64,000 bases of DNA from Octopus sinensis (GCF_006345805.1 NC_043003.1:111910001-111974000); one strand, 5' to 3'; shown: positions 13,620 to 29,816, counted from the first letter of the stretch. The notes: a model not told the origin generated them from the letters alone. A program made the numbers and translations.

Positions 13620-13734
13620 ATATATAATATATATATATATATATATAGGTATGTATATACACATACAAGTGTTAAGGAATGGAGTAAATAAGGTCCGGAC
13701 TACATATGGTTCATATCGAGGGAAACCTCAGAAG

Positions 13735-13800
13735 TGGATAATGCCCTTTGTGAGACAGCGGTTATCAAAAGGACAGGAAGGTGGTCGTCTGAAGCGGCAT
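13735..13800 (-). pseudogene. Fragment resembling the Cys motif preceding the GIY-YIG domain of a Penelope-like element
   Basis: Minus-strand translation CRFRRPPSCPFDNRCLTKGIIH resembles the CNC..CPL..KCLT..IIY motif of PLE endonucleases. Confidence 0.5.
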
Positions 13801-14649
13801 AGGTTTGCAGAGGTCTTCAGGATGAAATAACGAAGGGTTCGGTTTGTTATTATAGCTGGTGTTATGAGTAGTATTAAGATTAGTACAAATTCTACTCTTC
13901 AAGACATACATCTATATCTATACATTGTAGGAACATTTCTTCACACAAATGTTTATATACAAATAAGCATGTTTGCATAAGGGCATAGGAATGTGCGTGT
14001 GCTTGCGTGTGTGCGAGTGTAGCGTGGAATATATCGGTGTCATCTATGACGTCCGTTAAAATGGAACACGCCGTGTTCAAAACATTCACACATATATATG
14101 TGTGCTTATGTATGTCACTGTGATCATATATGTGTTCATGTTAACAGTTTGTGATTCGCGACTGTTTTGTCTCCTGATGTTCAGGAATTTCTTGGATATT
14201 TAATGATATCTTCATCTACATAAGACATACTTTGCATGATTTTAAATCAGAATTTACATTCTACCATAGTTATGTGTGCGTCTGCATATCATTATAATTT
14301 CATATCTTATATAATACTAAATATTCAATAAATGATTTGTTAAGTATCATTTCATTGCATACGTGCCATTATAACAACCGATATCTTATCTGATACATTT
14401 CGAACGTATTTTCAAGGATAAAAATGTAAAACTTGTTATAATTGATTGTTACGCAATATGTAACTTAGTTACTAGAATGACTTCATTACTTATCGCAATA
14501 GGTTTTATTAAACTGCGTTTTACTTTATCATACACATACATGGGTACACTCATATATACATGTACAAACGCGGGAACACACACGTTTAGATACATATTCA
14601 TGTACTCCAATACATATGCACACGCACACACGCACATACACACACACAC

Positions 14650-14748
<99 letters not shown>

Positions 14749-15019
14749 TATATATATATAATATATATAAATGTATGCGTGTTTTTTCAGTGTTTTCAAA
14801 TAACACAGAAAAAAAAAATAGTTACTGGAATAGCAAAAATTACATACAAGTACCAAGGATGTGACAGCCTACTTATAAAGATAGAAACTCCATGTTTAGG
14901 TGAAATGTTTTAGATTAATATAGATAAATAAATAAATGGAGTTAAATGCAGATGTTTTCAAAGCTTTTTACTTCCGACATGTTTCGAAGAAAACATTGGT
15001 ATTATCTATATATCTATCA

Positions 15020-15179
<160 letters not shown>

Positions 15180-15264
15180 TGTAGGATAAAAAATTTTCCG
15201 GGAAAAAAAGTTCATCAATGGCCAGCATATCAAATAGTACCTTTAAAGGTTAAATTTATAAATA

Positions 15265-15481
15265 ATTTACAATATAAGGGCAAAAGAAAAATTCTAATGC
15301 CAAATATGCCGAAAAAAAGACAGAAATTGTCAATTAACCATTATAATTTATGCGTCTCGAAACATAGAAATTTCTATCGGTTTGTTTCGAGACGCATAAA
15401 TTATAATGGTTAATTGACAATTTCTGTCTTTTTTCGGCATATTTGGCATTAGAATCTTTCTTTTGCCCTTATATTGTAAAT
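15265..15481. repeat. Near-perfect fold-back inverted repeat (~100-bp arms, 18-nt spacer)
   Basis: 15265-15364 versus the reverse complement of 15383-15481, with one substitution and one homopolymer indel. The palindrome atagaaatttctat lies at the centre. Confidence 0.95.
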
Positions 15482-15508
15482 CATATATATATATATCTTA
15501 CTATATAT

Positions 15509-15544
<36 letters not shown>

Positions 15545-16419
15545 GGAGACCAAAAGTGTACGTAAGCCGCTATATGTATATATATAAAAAAAAAAAAGGA
15601 ATGGAATAAGAACGTAACATCGACAACAAAACATCCAGACAGACGATACAAAAAAGGACAGGAAAAAGCAAGGACGGGTCATTCGGAGCTTTTTTTTACG
15701 TCAGTCGAGCTTCAGAACGTCGTTAGACTTTCGGCTGATTAAATTCGAGGCTGCTCCAATCTGGCCTGACCCAAGAAAATCTAAGCTAAGAGCACTAGAT
15801 TCTTTGGAAGAAAGCAAGCGAATGTATGCGAAAACAAGGACGAAAAAATACGGAGAAATGGTACACAATTACAAATACAGACAACAGGACATTAACGACA
15901 GTTCTCTTTCGACTAAGAACAAATTGAATTAAGACGTCGTGTTTGGAACCGAAGACTTACGGCAGGAACATGAGAGATGAGAGTCATGGGAATGACTATA
16001 AAAAGTGCTACACGGATGGTAGTCGAAGTAAGAAAAAAAGGTCAAGCTTGGCGGAACACTGCTTACGTGGAAGGAGAGGAGAGAGGTAAGGGGCAGAGGG
16101 ATTGAAGAATTTTGGAGAAACGAGAAAGAGAAAAAGAAAGGAAAGCAACAGATTGAGGTAAAAGAGGAGGAAAAGTGAGGATAATGAAGGAAAGGCAAAG
16201 AAATGTGAATTAACGCGAGTGAGAAAAAGAAAATTGGAAAGAACGAAGAAAGTGTGAGGCGGTATAAAAGAAAGGGTAAAATACTCGTACATAATTTATA
16301 TATATATATTTATATATATATATGTAGTTACATACAGGAGACCAAAACTGTACGTACGTCGACATATGCATATATATAAAAGAAAACAAAACAAAATGGA
16401 ACAAGAACAACTGTTCTAA

Positions 16420-17150
16420 GTTGGGGCAATTTTAATCGATCCTGAGGAGTCACATAGCTTTGATTTGAGGTCCGAATGTCGAGAGTCGAAACTAAATTTA
16501 CAAACCATCTTATTCAACACGTCGAATCTCCGCATTCTGAAGATACATATTGGTTACAACTTTTAGCTCAAGATCAGAAATTACGGGAGAGAGAGTCGGT
16601 CGATTACATCGACTTCAGTGCTTGACAGATACTTATTTTATCGATCTCGAAAGGATAAAAAGCAAAGTCGACCTTAGCGGAAATTGAACTCAGAACGTAC
16701 CGACCGACGAAAGGATGCTAAGCATTTTGCTCGGCCTGCTGAGAATGCTATCAGGTGTTAGGTAATAATATTGGTTTCAAATATTGGCACAATGTCAGCA
16801 ATTTCGAGGAGGAGCAAATCGATTGCATCGACACCAATGCTCAACATGTACTTATTTCATCTCTCTCGAAACTATGAAAGTCAAATCGATCACGGACAAA
16901 ATGTTAAGCATTTTGCTGGTATACTAATGTAATATTGATATTACTTTATAATATTGCTTTCAAGTTTTGACATAAGGACAGTAACTTTGGGAGAGAGACA
17001 AGTCGACCCAAGCCCTCAACTGGTACCTATTTGAACGACCTCGAAAGTAGGAAAGGCAACGTTGACCTTGACGGAATTCTAACTCAGATTGTAAAGACGG
17101 ACGAAATGCTGCTAAGCGTTTTTCACAGCGTACTAACGATTCTTCAGTCG
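16420..17150 (-). mobile_element. Cluster of about four degenerate OR-like SINE remnants in the same orientation
   Basis: Reverse-complement similarity to 8542-8771 is clearest near 16640-16750 (aaagcaaagtcgaccttagcggaaattgaactcagaacgt) and 17040-17140, weaker near 16430-16500 and 16810-16930. Confidence 0.6.
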
Positions 17151-17348
17151 CCATATCACATTATAACATTAATTACATTATTGATATCATTTGATACATT
17201 CTTAATAATTGTTGTTGTAATTATTGTAAGCATTTTTTCTACTTATGAGAAATATAATCACCAATTTTATTTATTTTACTTGCTGTGGCAGTCTTAAACA
17301 TAGTAGAGATTGTAGAATAATAATAACAATTTTCTTGGATCTTTTGCA

Positions 17349-17615
17349 TACTCTTTTACTTGTTTCAGTCATAGACTGTGGCTATGCTGGAGCACCGCCT
17401 TTAGTCGAGGAAATCGACCCCAGGACTTATTCTTTGTAAACCTAGTACTTATTCTATCGGTCTGCTTTGCCGAACCGCTAAGTTACAGGGACGTAAACAC
17501 ACCAGCATCGGTTCTCAAGCTATGTTGGGGGGACAAACACAGACACACAAACATATACACACACATACATATACATACATATATACAACGGGCTGTTACA
17601 GTTTCCGTCTACCAA
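17349..17615 (-). mobile_element. 5'-truncated tRNA-derived SINE (family of 24504-24900)
   Basis: Colinear with 24510-24770 (ttacttgtttcagtcat, gctggagcaccgcctttagtcgag, gccgaaccgctaagt). Confidence 0.85.
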
Positions 17616-18497
17616 ACATCAGACCAAAAATTTTCTAGCGAAGTTTTAATCGTTTTCCTCAACCGCAGTATTTGGCCTGTACTTTATTTCATCGTCCACT
17701 CGTGAGATGTAAAGAAAAGCTGACCTCAGCGTGATTAGAACACTGACTAGAAAGCCGGAAGAAGTGCCACAAACCATTTATTCTAATAGATCATTGAGAC
17801 AGCACGACGCGTTAGTTAAAAAAGAATACGAATTCACATACTATAATAATTTAAACCAAACACTCTGTTGGACATTTCATTTTCACGCTTGCACAAAGGC
17901 GACCAAATTCGGCCAGCTATAAAGCTTTGAATTTACTATTCATATAACTTTCCCCTCTCGCTCAGTCCCTCACACACTCTTCCAATTTCTCACTCTTCCA
18001 TTCACTCTCTCTCCCCTAATCTCTCTCTCACTCTCTGTCTTTCTTTGTATGTATATCCTTCTCTCTAACCCTAACGTTTCCGGCTTCTCTTATTTTCATC
18101 CAACAAATATTAACATACGTCAAAACGCTACAATAAATTGAACAGTTCTATCAAATTTGCTTAAAACAACTTATTCAAACGCCTACAGAGGGCGAGCACC
18201 TTCCCACTTTAGACTATCTCAGGAGACTATCGGTATCTCCACCTCGTTGCTCATTATTAATACAGTTATGTTTCTATCACATATTCATTCTTGCCTTAAT
18301 ATATTGAGTCTTCCATAATATATTCAGTCTGGCCTTCATAGAATAGAAACTGCAATAGAACATTTATATAACACTAAGGTATCAGTCGTTTAATAAAAGG
18401 ATGACATCCAGGCGTGTATGACTATGAGAGCGCACGTGCTAAACTTCTGTGTACGTTAATAACTGCATTTACAAATAAATGCATACATACGTATACA

Positions 18498-18606
<109 letters not shown>

Positions 18607-18738
18607 GGAGAGCAGAAATTCTTCGCTTGCATATTCGAATTTGGTAGCATTTTAGTTCGAGCAGAATTCTAGAAGTGATAAGAAGCAGAAAGGGTATGCT
18701 CCCAACTTTCAGTGTTCCCAAATCCGATTCAGGAATTC

Positions 18739-18788
18739 TGAGCTGACGAAAGAAATGTCGAATTGACTAATCTAAAACGTACGTTCTC
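18739..18788 (+). ncRNA. Family B hammerhead, probably inactive (G12 deleted)
   Basis: tgag-CTGACGA-aaga..tct-AAAA-cgtacg-TT-ctca; the GAAA of the neighbouring copy has lost its G. Confidence 0.7.
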
Positions 18789-19291
18789 AAATAACCTTTG
18801 CACTTGATTTTTTAATGTTTTTTCCCCCATACCTTTGTGAGTTGGTTTAGGCAAACACTATCTGAGAGAGATCTTCTTTAAGTATTAGAAATAGCTGAAG
18901 AAATTTCTTTAGCTGCTATTTCTAATGAGTTCAGTATGTGGCAAAGTAATTTATTTTACTAAGCCCTTATATATAATGTAATATTTTGAATTCGCCTAAA
19001 ATGGTCCCTTTACATACTGAATACTTGGTGAAATTGATTAATAATTAATTAATTTTACCCTCAATTGTTGAAATTATAATTCATCTCTCTCTGTTAAATG
19101 CTGCGGTTTTCACCGTTAATACATGGTGTTTGTCAATTTTAACCCACGCTGGTGGAAAGGGGAGAGCAGAAATTCTTCGCTTGCATATTCGAACTTGGTA
19201 GCACTTTTAGTTCGAGCAGAATTCTAGAAGTGATAAGAAGCAGAAAGGGTATGCTCCCAACTTTCAGTGTTCCCAAATCCGATTCAAGAAT

Positions 19292-19347
19292 TTTGAGCTG
19301 ACGAAAGAAATGTCGAATTGACTAATCTAGAAACGTACGTTCTCAAA
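19292..19347 (+). ncRNA. Family B type I hammerhead ribozyme
   Basis: tttgag-CTGACGA-A-AGA..GTC gaatt GAC..TCT-A-GAAA-CGTACG-TT-ctcaaa. Stem I has 6 bp, stem III is the palindrome ACGTACGT, and predicted cleavage is after 19341 (GUU). Confidence 0.8.
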
Positions 19348-19719
19348 TAACCTTTACACTTGATTTTTTAATGTTTTTTCCCCCATACCTTTGTGAGTTG
19401 GTTTAGGCAAACACTATCTGAGAGAGATCTTCTTTAAGTATTAGAAATAGCTGAAGAAATTTCTTTAGCTGCTATTTCTAATGAGTTCAGTATGTGGCAA
19501 AGTAATTTATTTTACTAAGCCCTTATATATAATGTAATATTTTGAATTCGCCTAAAATGGTCCCTTTACATACTGAATACTTGGTGAAATTGATTAATAA
19601 TTAATTAATTTTACCCTCAATAGTTGAAATTATATATATATATATATACTTTGATAGGTTTCGGCCATTATTGGCCCAGGCCATGTCTAACTTAATAGCA
19701 CCACATATATATATATATG

Positions 19720-21540
<1,821 letters not shown>

Positions 21541-21550
21541 GAGTAAAGTT

Positions 21551-21832
21551 TCAGCCATTTAATTTGGGGGAGAACTTAGCTATGAAATGTTTTTCCATAT
21601 TCCTCCTGAAGGAGGTGTCGTTCTTCGGACACTTGTAGAAGGGAAAAATCTTAAATTTTCCTTCTCCACATGTAGCTAGGTGTGTGCTTAGTGGTATTTT
21701 GCGCAGTTCTTCCTGCCGAATATGTTGTCGGTGGATCCTGGCTCGCTGGCACAAATAATTACCAGTTTCACCTACGTAATTCTCCTTGCACATGGGGCAG
21801 GTTATATATATATACTTATGTTTTTTATTCAT
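21551..21832 (-). pseudogene. GIY-YIG endonuclease C-terminus of a Penelope-like retroelement (5'-truncated)
   Basis: YITCPMCKENYVGETG..L.QRARIHRQHIR...PLSTHL..C....F.IFP....D...RRNMEKHFI.KFSPKLN is the typical PLE GIY-YIG terminus and is open for about 85 aa to its stop. Confidence 0.85.
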
Positions 21833-22072
21833 TTACTTTTCTCAGATATTTTCGCTGAGGGCATACTGGAGCACCACATTTTAGTTGAAGAAATCTACTC
21901 ATGGGCATATTTTTTGTAATCTTGGTACTTACTCTATCGGGTTGTTTTGCCGAACTGCTATGTTACTGGAACGTGAACAAATCAACAAAGACACAAACAT
22001 ACATATGTATATATACATATATACATACATACATATATATATTATATATCCATATATATATATATACATATA

Positions 22073-22823
22073 CAGGGGTTGCACAAAATAATGGAACCAC
22101 CAAGCACCACAACATCATAATATTTAAATATCTATAAAACCACCGAAATATTGTTTAGATAGAGCGGTGAATGAATATTATTTTCTCGGACGAGTCATTC
22201 TTTATCGTATTTCCGACCCCAGGCCGAGTATACGTGTGGAGACAGGCTAAACAAGCAGTGAATCCAGTGTGACTTCTCCCAACTATTAAACGTAGAGGAG
22301 GATCGGTAATGATTTGTGGCGTGGTGGCTATATCTTGGAAATCCACCGGCTCAAATATTTCCCTTCATGGCAAAAGTAATAGTCGAGTCTATTTAAGTAT
22401 TTTATCTTATCAAATTCATCCTATGGTTGCGGAACTGTTTTCGGAAGAAAACGCAATCTTTCAGGCCGATAATGCACTAATTCCTATACCTCAAGTTTTT
22501 ACTGAATGATACGATGTACATTCTAGTAACGTTGAACATCTTATCTGGCCACCGCACTCCCCAGGCCTCAATATTCTTCAACATTTATGGAGCATTTTAT
22601 AAAAACACGTAAGGAGTCGATATCGTTCATCATCTTCACTACAAGAACTGGAAACTGTTTTAGCTAAAGAATGGACAAAAATTCCTTTCGAAACAATTCA
22701 AACTTTGTATGTGCCTATACCTCGTAGAATACAAGGTCTAATTAATGACAAAAGTGGTCATATACCAAATTAAAATTAATTTGTTTGAAAATTTTTAAGG
22801 TGTTCCCATTATTTTGTTCAACA

Positions 22824-22827
<4 letters not shown>
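22073..22827 (+). mobile_element. Internally deleted Tc1-family transposon (related to 2657-3874)
   Basis: TIRs caggggttgcacaaaataatggaaccacc and ggtgttcccattattttgttcaacacct with TA flanks. Translated remnants are PTIKRRGGSVMI, IFQADNA, WPPHSPGLNILQHLW and IPRRIQ. Confidence 0.9.
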
Positions 22828-22908
<81 letters not shown>

Positions 22909-22921
22909 TATATATATAATA

Positions 22922-22966
<45 letters not shown>

Positions 22967-23101
22967 ATTTATACATACACATGGTAGTACAAAGTCGATT
23001 TACAGTAATTAAAAAAAATTCATAGAATACTCATTTATTATCAAGAAATTAAAAGTTACGATAAACGTATTATTATGGTTATGGTAAATGTATTATTATT
23101 A

Positions 23102-23141
<40 letters not shown>

Positions 23142-23212
23142 TTAATAATGTTAGTGAATTAAGTATTACCACATGGATGTGATACTGTATACATACCTTC
23201 GCCCCGGCCCCT

Positions 23213-23277
<65 letters not shown>

Positions 23278-24503
23278 CAAATTAGTGTTAGGATTAAACA
23301 GATAAAATTCAGGCTACATATATTTCCTATCTAGCACATCCTCCCATGCAATAATTACTCATAAAGGAGTACTTAGCTACTTTAATTATATGTCGTTTAC
23401 ATTGTCGTTAAGGAATACAAGTTTAACTCGCCAGAAATATAATTGCAGATCTGCAACATTTAATTACATCTGTAATTCATGTAAACGGCTTCCCCACAGT
23501 TTTTCTTCTATCATTGTGTCCTAAAATGTGTAGGTCAACCACAGCTTATGGAAAATGACATTAACCAAATACGCTACGCAGTGGATGAAACCCGATGACC
23601 TGTGATTGTGATTCGAACGTCAAGCCCGTCGTTCATACTGTGCTTTGTGCGTATAGGTATATTATTATGCATGCAACTGAATTATATGTATAATCGATGA
23701 AGCACTTCATTTTCTCTTACTGTAATCTATGACTAATTAGTATTACTGCAAACTCTTTATCACCTGATTTCGAGTAAGTTCGAGCAAGAGTCACACTGTA
23801 AATAATTATAATCACAGCAATTTCAGAAATCTAATTTTCCTCCAGCAACGCTTTTATGTTAGAGTACTTTGCAAATTGTATTCCGTTTTTACATTAACGT
23901 AAGCTTTGTTATAATATGAATATCACATCCTGGATCAGTTGCACTAATTATCAAGAAGTCAAAATTCTAGTGAAATCTCTTAGAGTCAGTGAGATCAATC
24001 TGTACCCAATCATTATATACGTTGAATTTACCAGCGGAAATATTCACAGCAAACCCTCTATAATCTTTAAAAATGGCGTTCACAAAGGCGAGTCGAATAA
24101 TTACTATTTGAGAGTTTGTTTGCGTGGAGTTAATTTGGAATATATTCATATATAATAACGACAATATAACCATGAAACAATCATACTAACATAGAAAGTG
24201 AAACTGGAAGAAATGTCACTAAGCATTTCATCCAGTGTACAATTTTTCCACATAACATCTGAATAAGTATAAATGAACATTTTCACCATATTCGCTCATA
24301 AATATGTAGAGGCTGATATATGAGCATATTTGCATGTCGGTGATTTTCCTTTAATTTTGTTTGTGTGTAAAATTTTGTATAAGTTTAGCGTTAATTATTT
24401 TGCTATTTACAGCATTGTATTTGTTAATTATAGAGGTGGACGTGCTCTTGTATCATTGGGTAGGTGGGTGTTTGGGTGTCCCTATGTATGTCTAGTTTAT
24501 TAT

Positions 24504-24900
24504 TTACTCTTTTACTCTTTTACTTGTTTCAGTCATTTGACTGCGGCCATGCTGGAGCACCGCCTTTAGTCGAGCGAATCGACCCCGGGATTTATTCTTT
24601 GTAAGCCCAGTACTTATTCTATCGATCTCTTTTGCCGAACCGCTAAGTGATGGGGACGTAAACACACCAGCGAGGGGGACAAACACAGACACACAAACAT
24701 ATACACACACACACATATATACATATATACATATATACGACAGGCTTCTTTCAGTTTCCGTCTACCAAATCCACTCACAAGCCATTGGTCGGCCAGGGAC
24801 TATAGCAGAAGACACTTGCTCAAGATGCCACGCAGTGGGACTGAACCCGGAACCATGTGGTTGGTTAGCAAAATACTTACCACACAGCCACTCCTGCGCC
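24504..24900 (-). mobile_element. Full-length tRNA-derived SINE with internal (CA/TA) tract and (AAAAGAGT)n tail
   Basis: Minus strand starts ggcgcaggagtggctgtgtggtaag, has B-box-like ggttcagtccc and ends in repeated aaaagagt. Partial copies occur at 1879, 17349 and 44843. Confidence 0.9.
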
Positions 24901-25279
24901 TTATTTATTTATTTTGTTATATTTATTTATGTTGTTGTGAAGTACAAAGTAATATCAATTGAATTTTGCACTGCATTATTACATTAAATGTATAGTTCCT
25001 TAAATTGTTAAAATTCGAATTTCTTAGCATAGAAATTCAAGGTTTGTAAGAAGAAGTTAAGAGAGTAGAGGATAAAGGAAGAATTTCTATGGACTTTTTA
25101 TGCAACTTGTACATAGTTAAAAAGAGAGCAATTTAACATATGCTTTTGCAACTGCATCTGCATTCATTTATTTATCTGTGTAAATGTTTGCTAGAAAATA
25201 TGAACGAATATAAGCATAGTGATTATAATAAACATTAAAGTCAAAATTTCGATATATATACACACATATATATATATAT

Positions 25280-25303
25280 AAATGGGAATTGCCTCTCGAA
25301 AAT

Positions 25304-25350
<47 letters not shown>

Positions 25351-25378
25351 CATAATTTTCGAGGGCAAATTCCCATTT
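25280..25378. repeat. ~30-bp inverted repeats enclosing a (TA)n core
   Basis: aaatgggaattgcctctcgaaaattatgta versus the reverse complement of tacataattttcgagggcaaattcccattt. Confidence 0.85.
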
Positions 25379-26850
25379 TGATTGTTACAAATTGGTTAGG
25401 TGGCGAATAGATTTGTTACATTACATTACATAACAAATACTTAACAGGTTTACATAACGCACTTTTATACATGTAAGTGTGTGTTTGAATTCGTTATTAA
25501 TGTGTGTATTTGTTTTTTGGTGCAGATAAGTAGCAGATGTGTAAACTTAGTGTAATATTACTAGTCAATCGCCTGATCTTTCATCTCAACGTATCTGTGT
25601 ACTTGAAAACGCCAACAACTATGACATAAGTAATAGTTAACTTACTCCTGTTAACTGCATTATTATCTAATGAAATAACGCTCCACGAAAGAGACAGCTA
25701 TATTGTTTTCTGTTAACATTATCGGTCCGCTACGATCTCAAATCCCAAATCAGTGTGAACGCTTCCTAAGAAGATATAAATGTGTCTTTCATTCACTATT
25801 TCACTTATTTCGCTTATTTAGACAGCAGTGAAAATCGATAGAATTTTCCGCTTTACACAAACTAATAATCCATCTTAATCAAAGGAACTGCACCTTTTTG
25901 TTTTTATGAGTGTCACTTTCAAAATTCACAGGTGGCCGAAGTGAGAGTCTGTCATTCTTCCAACATAAGATATAGGGATTTTTTAATGTTTTTAGCTATA
26001 CTATCACAAAACCTAATCTCTGAATTGTCTCACCACCTAATGTGTTGTTATTAGAGAAAATGATGACTTACTGTCTCTCGGAGTTATAAGCATTATAAAT
26101 ATTATACATCGTGTAATTGAGAGATTAGATGATTAGTTTTTAAACGAATCAGGAGAGAATTTTGACCAATACGAATATATGTTCTCTTTTTCGCGTATAA
26201 CATAACTGAAGCTCTGAATGTAACCATTGTAGGACAAAGAAGAAGCGTAAGAGTGATATAAGAATAAAAATAATACTTTTGTGTAAATAAATCAAGTTTA
26301 GTTTACCTGAGTCGGGTAGGCCACATTTCAGTATAAATAACACATAATATATTTCTATTCAGATTATAAGTCGATTAGGTAGTTTTTTCTAAGATATTGT
26401 ATGCTAAATATCGGATATGAGTTCAGATCTTTGCTTTATAGTAAATCATATGGAAGTATGTAATGAATCGTTACAGACACGAACCAGTAGCATTCTACTC
26501 GGGTTAGGGATAATACGTAACATACAAAAGTGCAGTTGAAATTTACACAACTGATTAAAACAGGTATCTTTCATTTCCGATTCCTTTCTATTTATTTCAC
26601 TTTGATAAAAGGTTCATTCCAATAAAAGGTTCAGTCTAATTTTTTCATCATTTTTGTTTTTCGGAGTACAATTCATTATGCAGATCATCTAACGCCTATC
26701 TTTTTTGTTTGGTTTTACATTTTGTACAGCATCTTATGAAGTTATATCAACGTGTTGTGACCTCTCACGTTCTCCGTCTCTTATTCCCCTCCCCTTTATG
26801 GTATCATACGGATGCTTATTTACAAATACATTATGACGACATTTTTGCTC

Positions 26851-26923
<73 letters not shown>

Positions 26924-27476
26924 GGGGGGGGGCTCTGTGTGTGTGTAACAAATGAGAAGAGGATTATTAGACTGGGCGAAAAACTTAAGTTCACTCTACA
27001 GGAAGATTCACAGACCCACAAATTTATCCTGTTGTAGATGTGGAAATCAAGGTTATCCGAACTTAACAATCATTCATTAGTTAAAGTTTAGATCCGGGGA
27101 ATAGTCTCGAAGTAAAATTAGTTTGCTTTTAGGGAGTAGTATATAGAAAATGCCAAGGGAAATCGTTTTTTTTTTATACATCTATTCCAATTAGGATACA
27201 GGTTTTTCCGATAAAATGTGGGCATATCCTATTTCCCAAGTGTAATAATAAAATTTAGTCTATCGATCCGTAATCGATCAATTGGAATAATCGATTGATT
27301 ATGCATCGATTGATAGATATGATTAATGCACTAAGAAATGGGGCGTCTACAAAATGTTATCGCTAACAAGTGTATGCTAACTGGAATAACTGTAGAAGAA
27401 TTCATTAACTGTGTGCATTTTCTCTCTATCTCTCTCAATCTCCTTCTCTCTATCTCACACTCTGTCTTTCTCTCTC

Positions 27477-27521
<45 letters not shown>

Positions 27522-29413
27522 GTACATATATGTATATATATGTATATAAATCTATATATATATATATACACACACACATATATATATACATGCATATGTG
27601 TATATGTGTGTATGTGTGTTTGTGTGTATGTGTTTATATACGCATGTTTGCAATGCATGTTTGTTTGTGAATACATTTGTAAATCCATGTATTTCTTGCA
27701 AGTATTTCGCCATGTCTATTGTAATCGTATTTTGGAATAAGGAAACGAATTCTACGCATTTCTCTGTTAGCAGTTCATTGATTTCTGTATGGAGTGTGAA
27801 AAAGATATAAAAAACAAAATAATGCATCGCAAACATCAATATATTACAGAATTTTAAATATATACAAAGCTTTATGCTGTTACTTTGGGTATTGTAATCA
27901 TGCTTTATTGTCATGTATATTTAAGGAAATCATCTTAACTATGCATTAGTTTCCCCAAAGCAGGTTGCAGGAAAAATCATTCAGTAATCAAATACCGTTA
28001 TTCGGTAACATATCTGAATTATTAATCACTATATCATCGTTCACTCATCTTTGTATGTAATTTAGTTCCTGGTATCAATTTATTGTGCTACTCACTAGAT
28101 TCCAGCCAGAGAAATAGAACCTCCTCTTTCTTCCTTTTACATGGATTTACTTATACGTATTCACTGTTTCCTTATGCACTGTGAAAGTTCAAACATCTCC
28201 ATGTTGATATATTACAAATGAATATCTTCTGGTTATTTATGAGTCCGGTTTCAATAGATTTGTTACCAGCAATAAGACAGGTAATGGGCAAAGCGTTCAA
28301 ATATTGAATCTAACATAGAAATGTATTACATATCATTTCTTGGGTTATATTTGGATCTCATATTATTTGCACTAAAGCATAAGATGTTATGTATTCTTAT
28401 CCACATATTCTTATACACCATTAACGTATCATTCTCCAACGCCACTTGTTTCGGTTACCAATCCTTAAATTTTATTGGATTAGACAATCGTATATATTTC
28501 CAATTACGATTATTTTCAAATCTTGAAGCACGAAATCTTTATTAATCAGTACACGAAATAAATGAATCCTTGTTCTTATCACATATAATTATTATCAAAC
28601 ATCATCTCTTGTTATATTTCCTGCATATTATTATTGTGTACATCAGTACATTGAATATGTATGTATGTATGTGTGTATGTATGTATGTAATTATAGGAAA
28701 GCTATTTGCATCATATTTCAAAATTATGAAAATTTTAATTACACAAAATAACAAGCAATACATCTGAGACCTGCTGATCCGCAGAACTCTGGATTTTCTC
28801 ATGTAACGTCCACATGAATTATTTCAATAAAATGACTTTCCCTCAATATAATTCTCATAAAGTTACGCAATTCTACATAACTAGTTTGATTGATGTCATG
28901 TCTAATATTTGTAATAATCAATAAAATTTCAACAATGCGAGCATTTTTCTATGTTAGATCTGTTGAGGTCCAATAAGCAATAAATCATGTGAATATTGAA
29001 ATAGCCAGTGTTAGTTCTTTTTATCATTATATTTTCTTCAATTTTCAAACGAAATATGAAATGATCATACTAAGTAACGCAGAAACGTTTTTTATGACTG
29101 CAAAATTGTTAGGATACTTGATGTAATTTTTTCTGTGGCAGCAAGGAAAGCTTAGCAAGAAAAGAAAGATGGTTACGTGAGAAAAAGAAGGATTGACGAT
29201 GGTTACGCGTGAGCAACGGGAGATAGAGTGAGTGAGAGAGAGAGAAGAGAAAAACGGGAGAGAGAAAGTGAGAGATAGAAAACAGTGAAGGGGGATAGAA
29301 AAGAGAAGCAGAGACGAGAGGAAAAAAAACAGTACAAAGAGTCGCACAAAATGTGTTGATAAATTTACTTCAAAATGGATGCGACGCGTTCAATTAAATA
29401 AATGAATAATATA

Positions 29414-29456
<43 letters not shown>

Positions 29457-29784
29457 GCATATATGGGTACAATACGTTACCAACAGTGCAAGTAACATAA
29501 ACAAGAGGGATGGATACAAGACGTGAAACGAGTGAAATACGTAAACAACGAGAAGAATGGAAAACAGGAAAGGTTAACACACACACACACACAACATATA
29601 TATATATATCACTAACGTAACATGAATTTATACATTTTCGAGAGACCGTTAAAGAAATCTTTCAGGAATATCGGCGATCGATTTACACGATACAAAGTTA
29701 TAAATAATAGCAAGGAAATACTGCTTTAATAATCTTTTCGGGACAAAAAACTCGAAGATACCAGTAACACTTCTCATTCAGTGG

Positions 29785-29808
<24 letters not shown>

Positions 29809-29816
<8 letters not shown>

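Noticed and set aside
15670-15710. Minus-strand CTGACGT..GAAT motif
   Set aside because: Two core positions are wrong and stem II does not pair.
24780-24900. tRNA gene
   Set aside because: The tRNA-like A and B boxes belong to a SINE head; I see no full cloverleaf.
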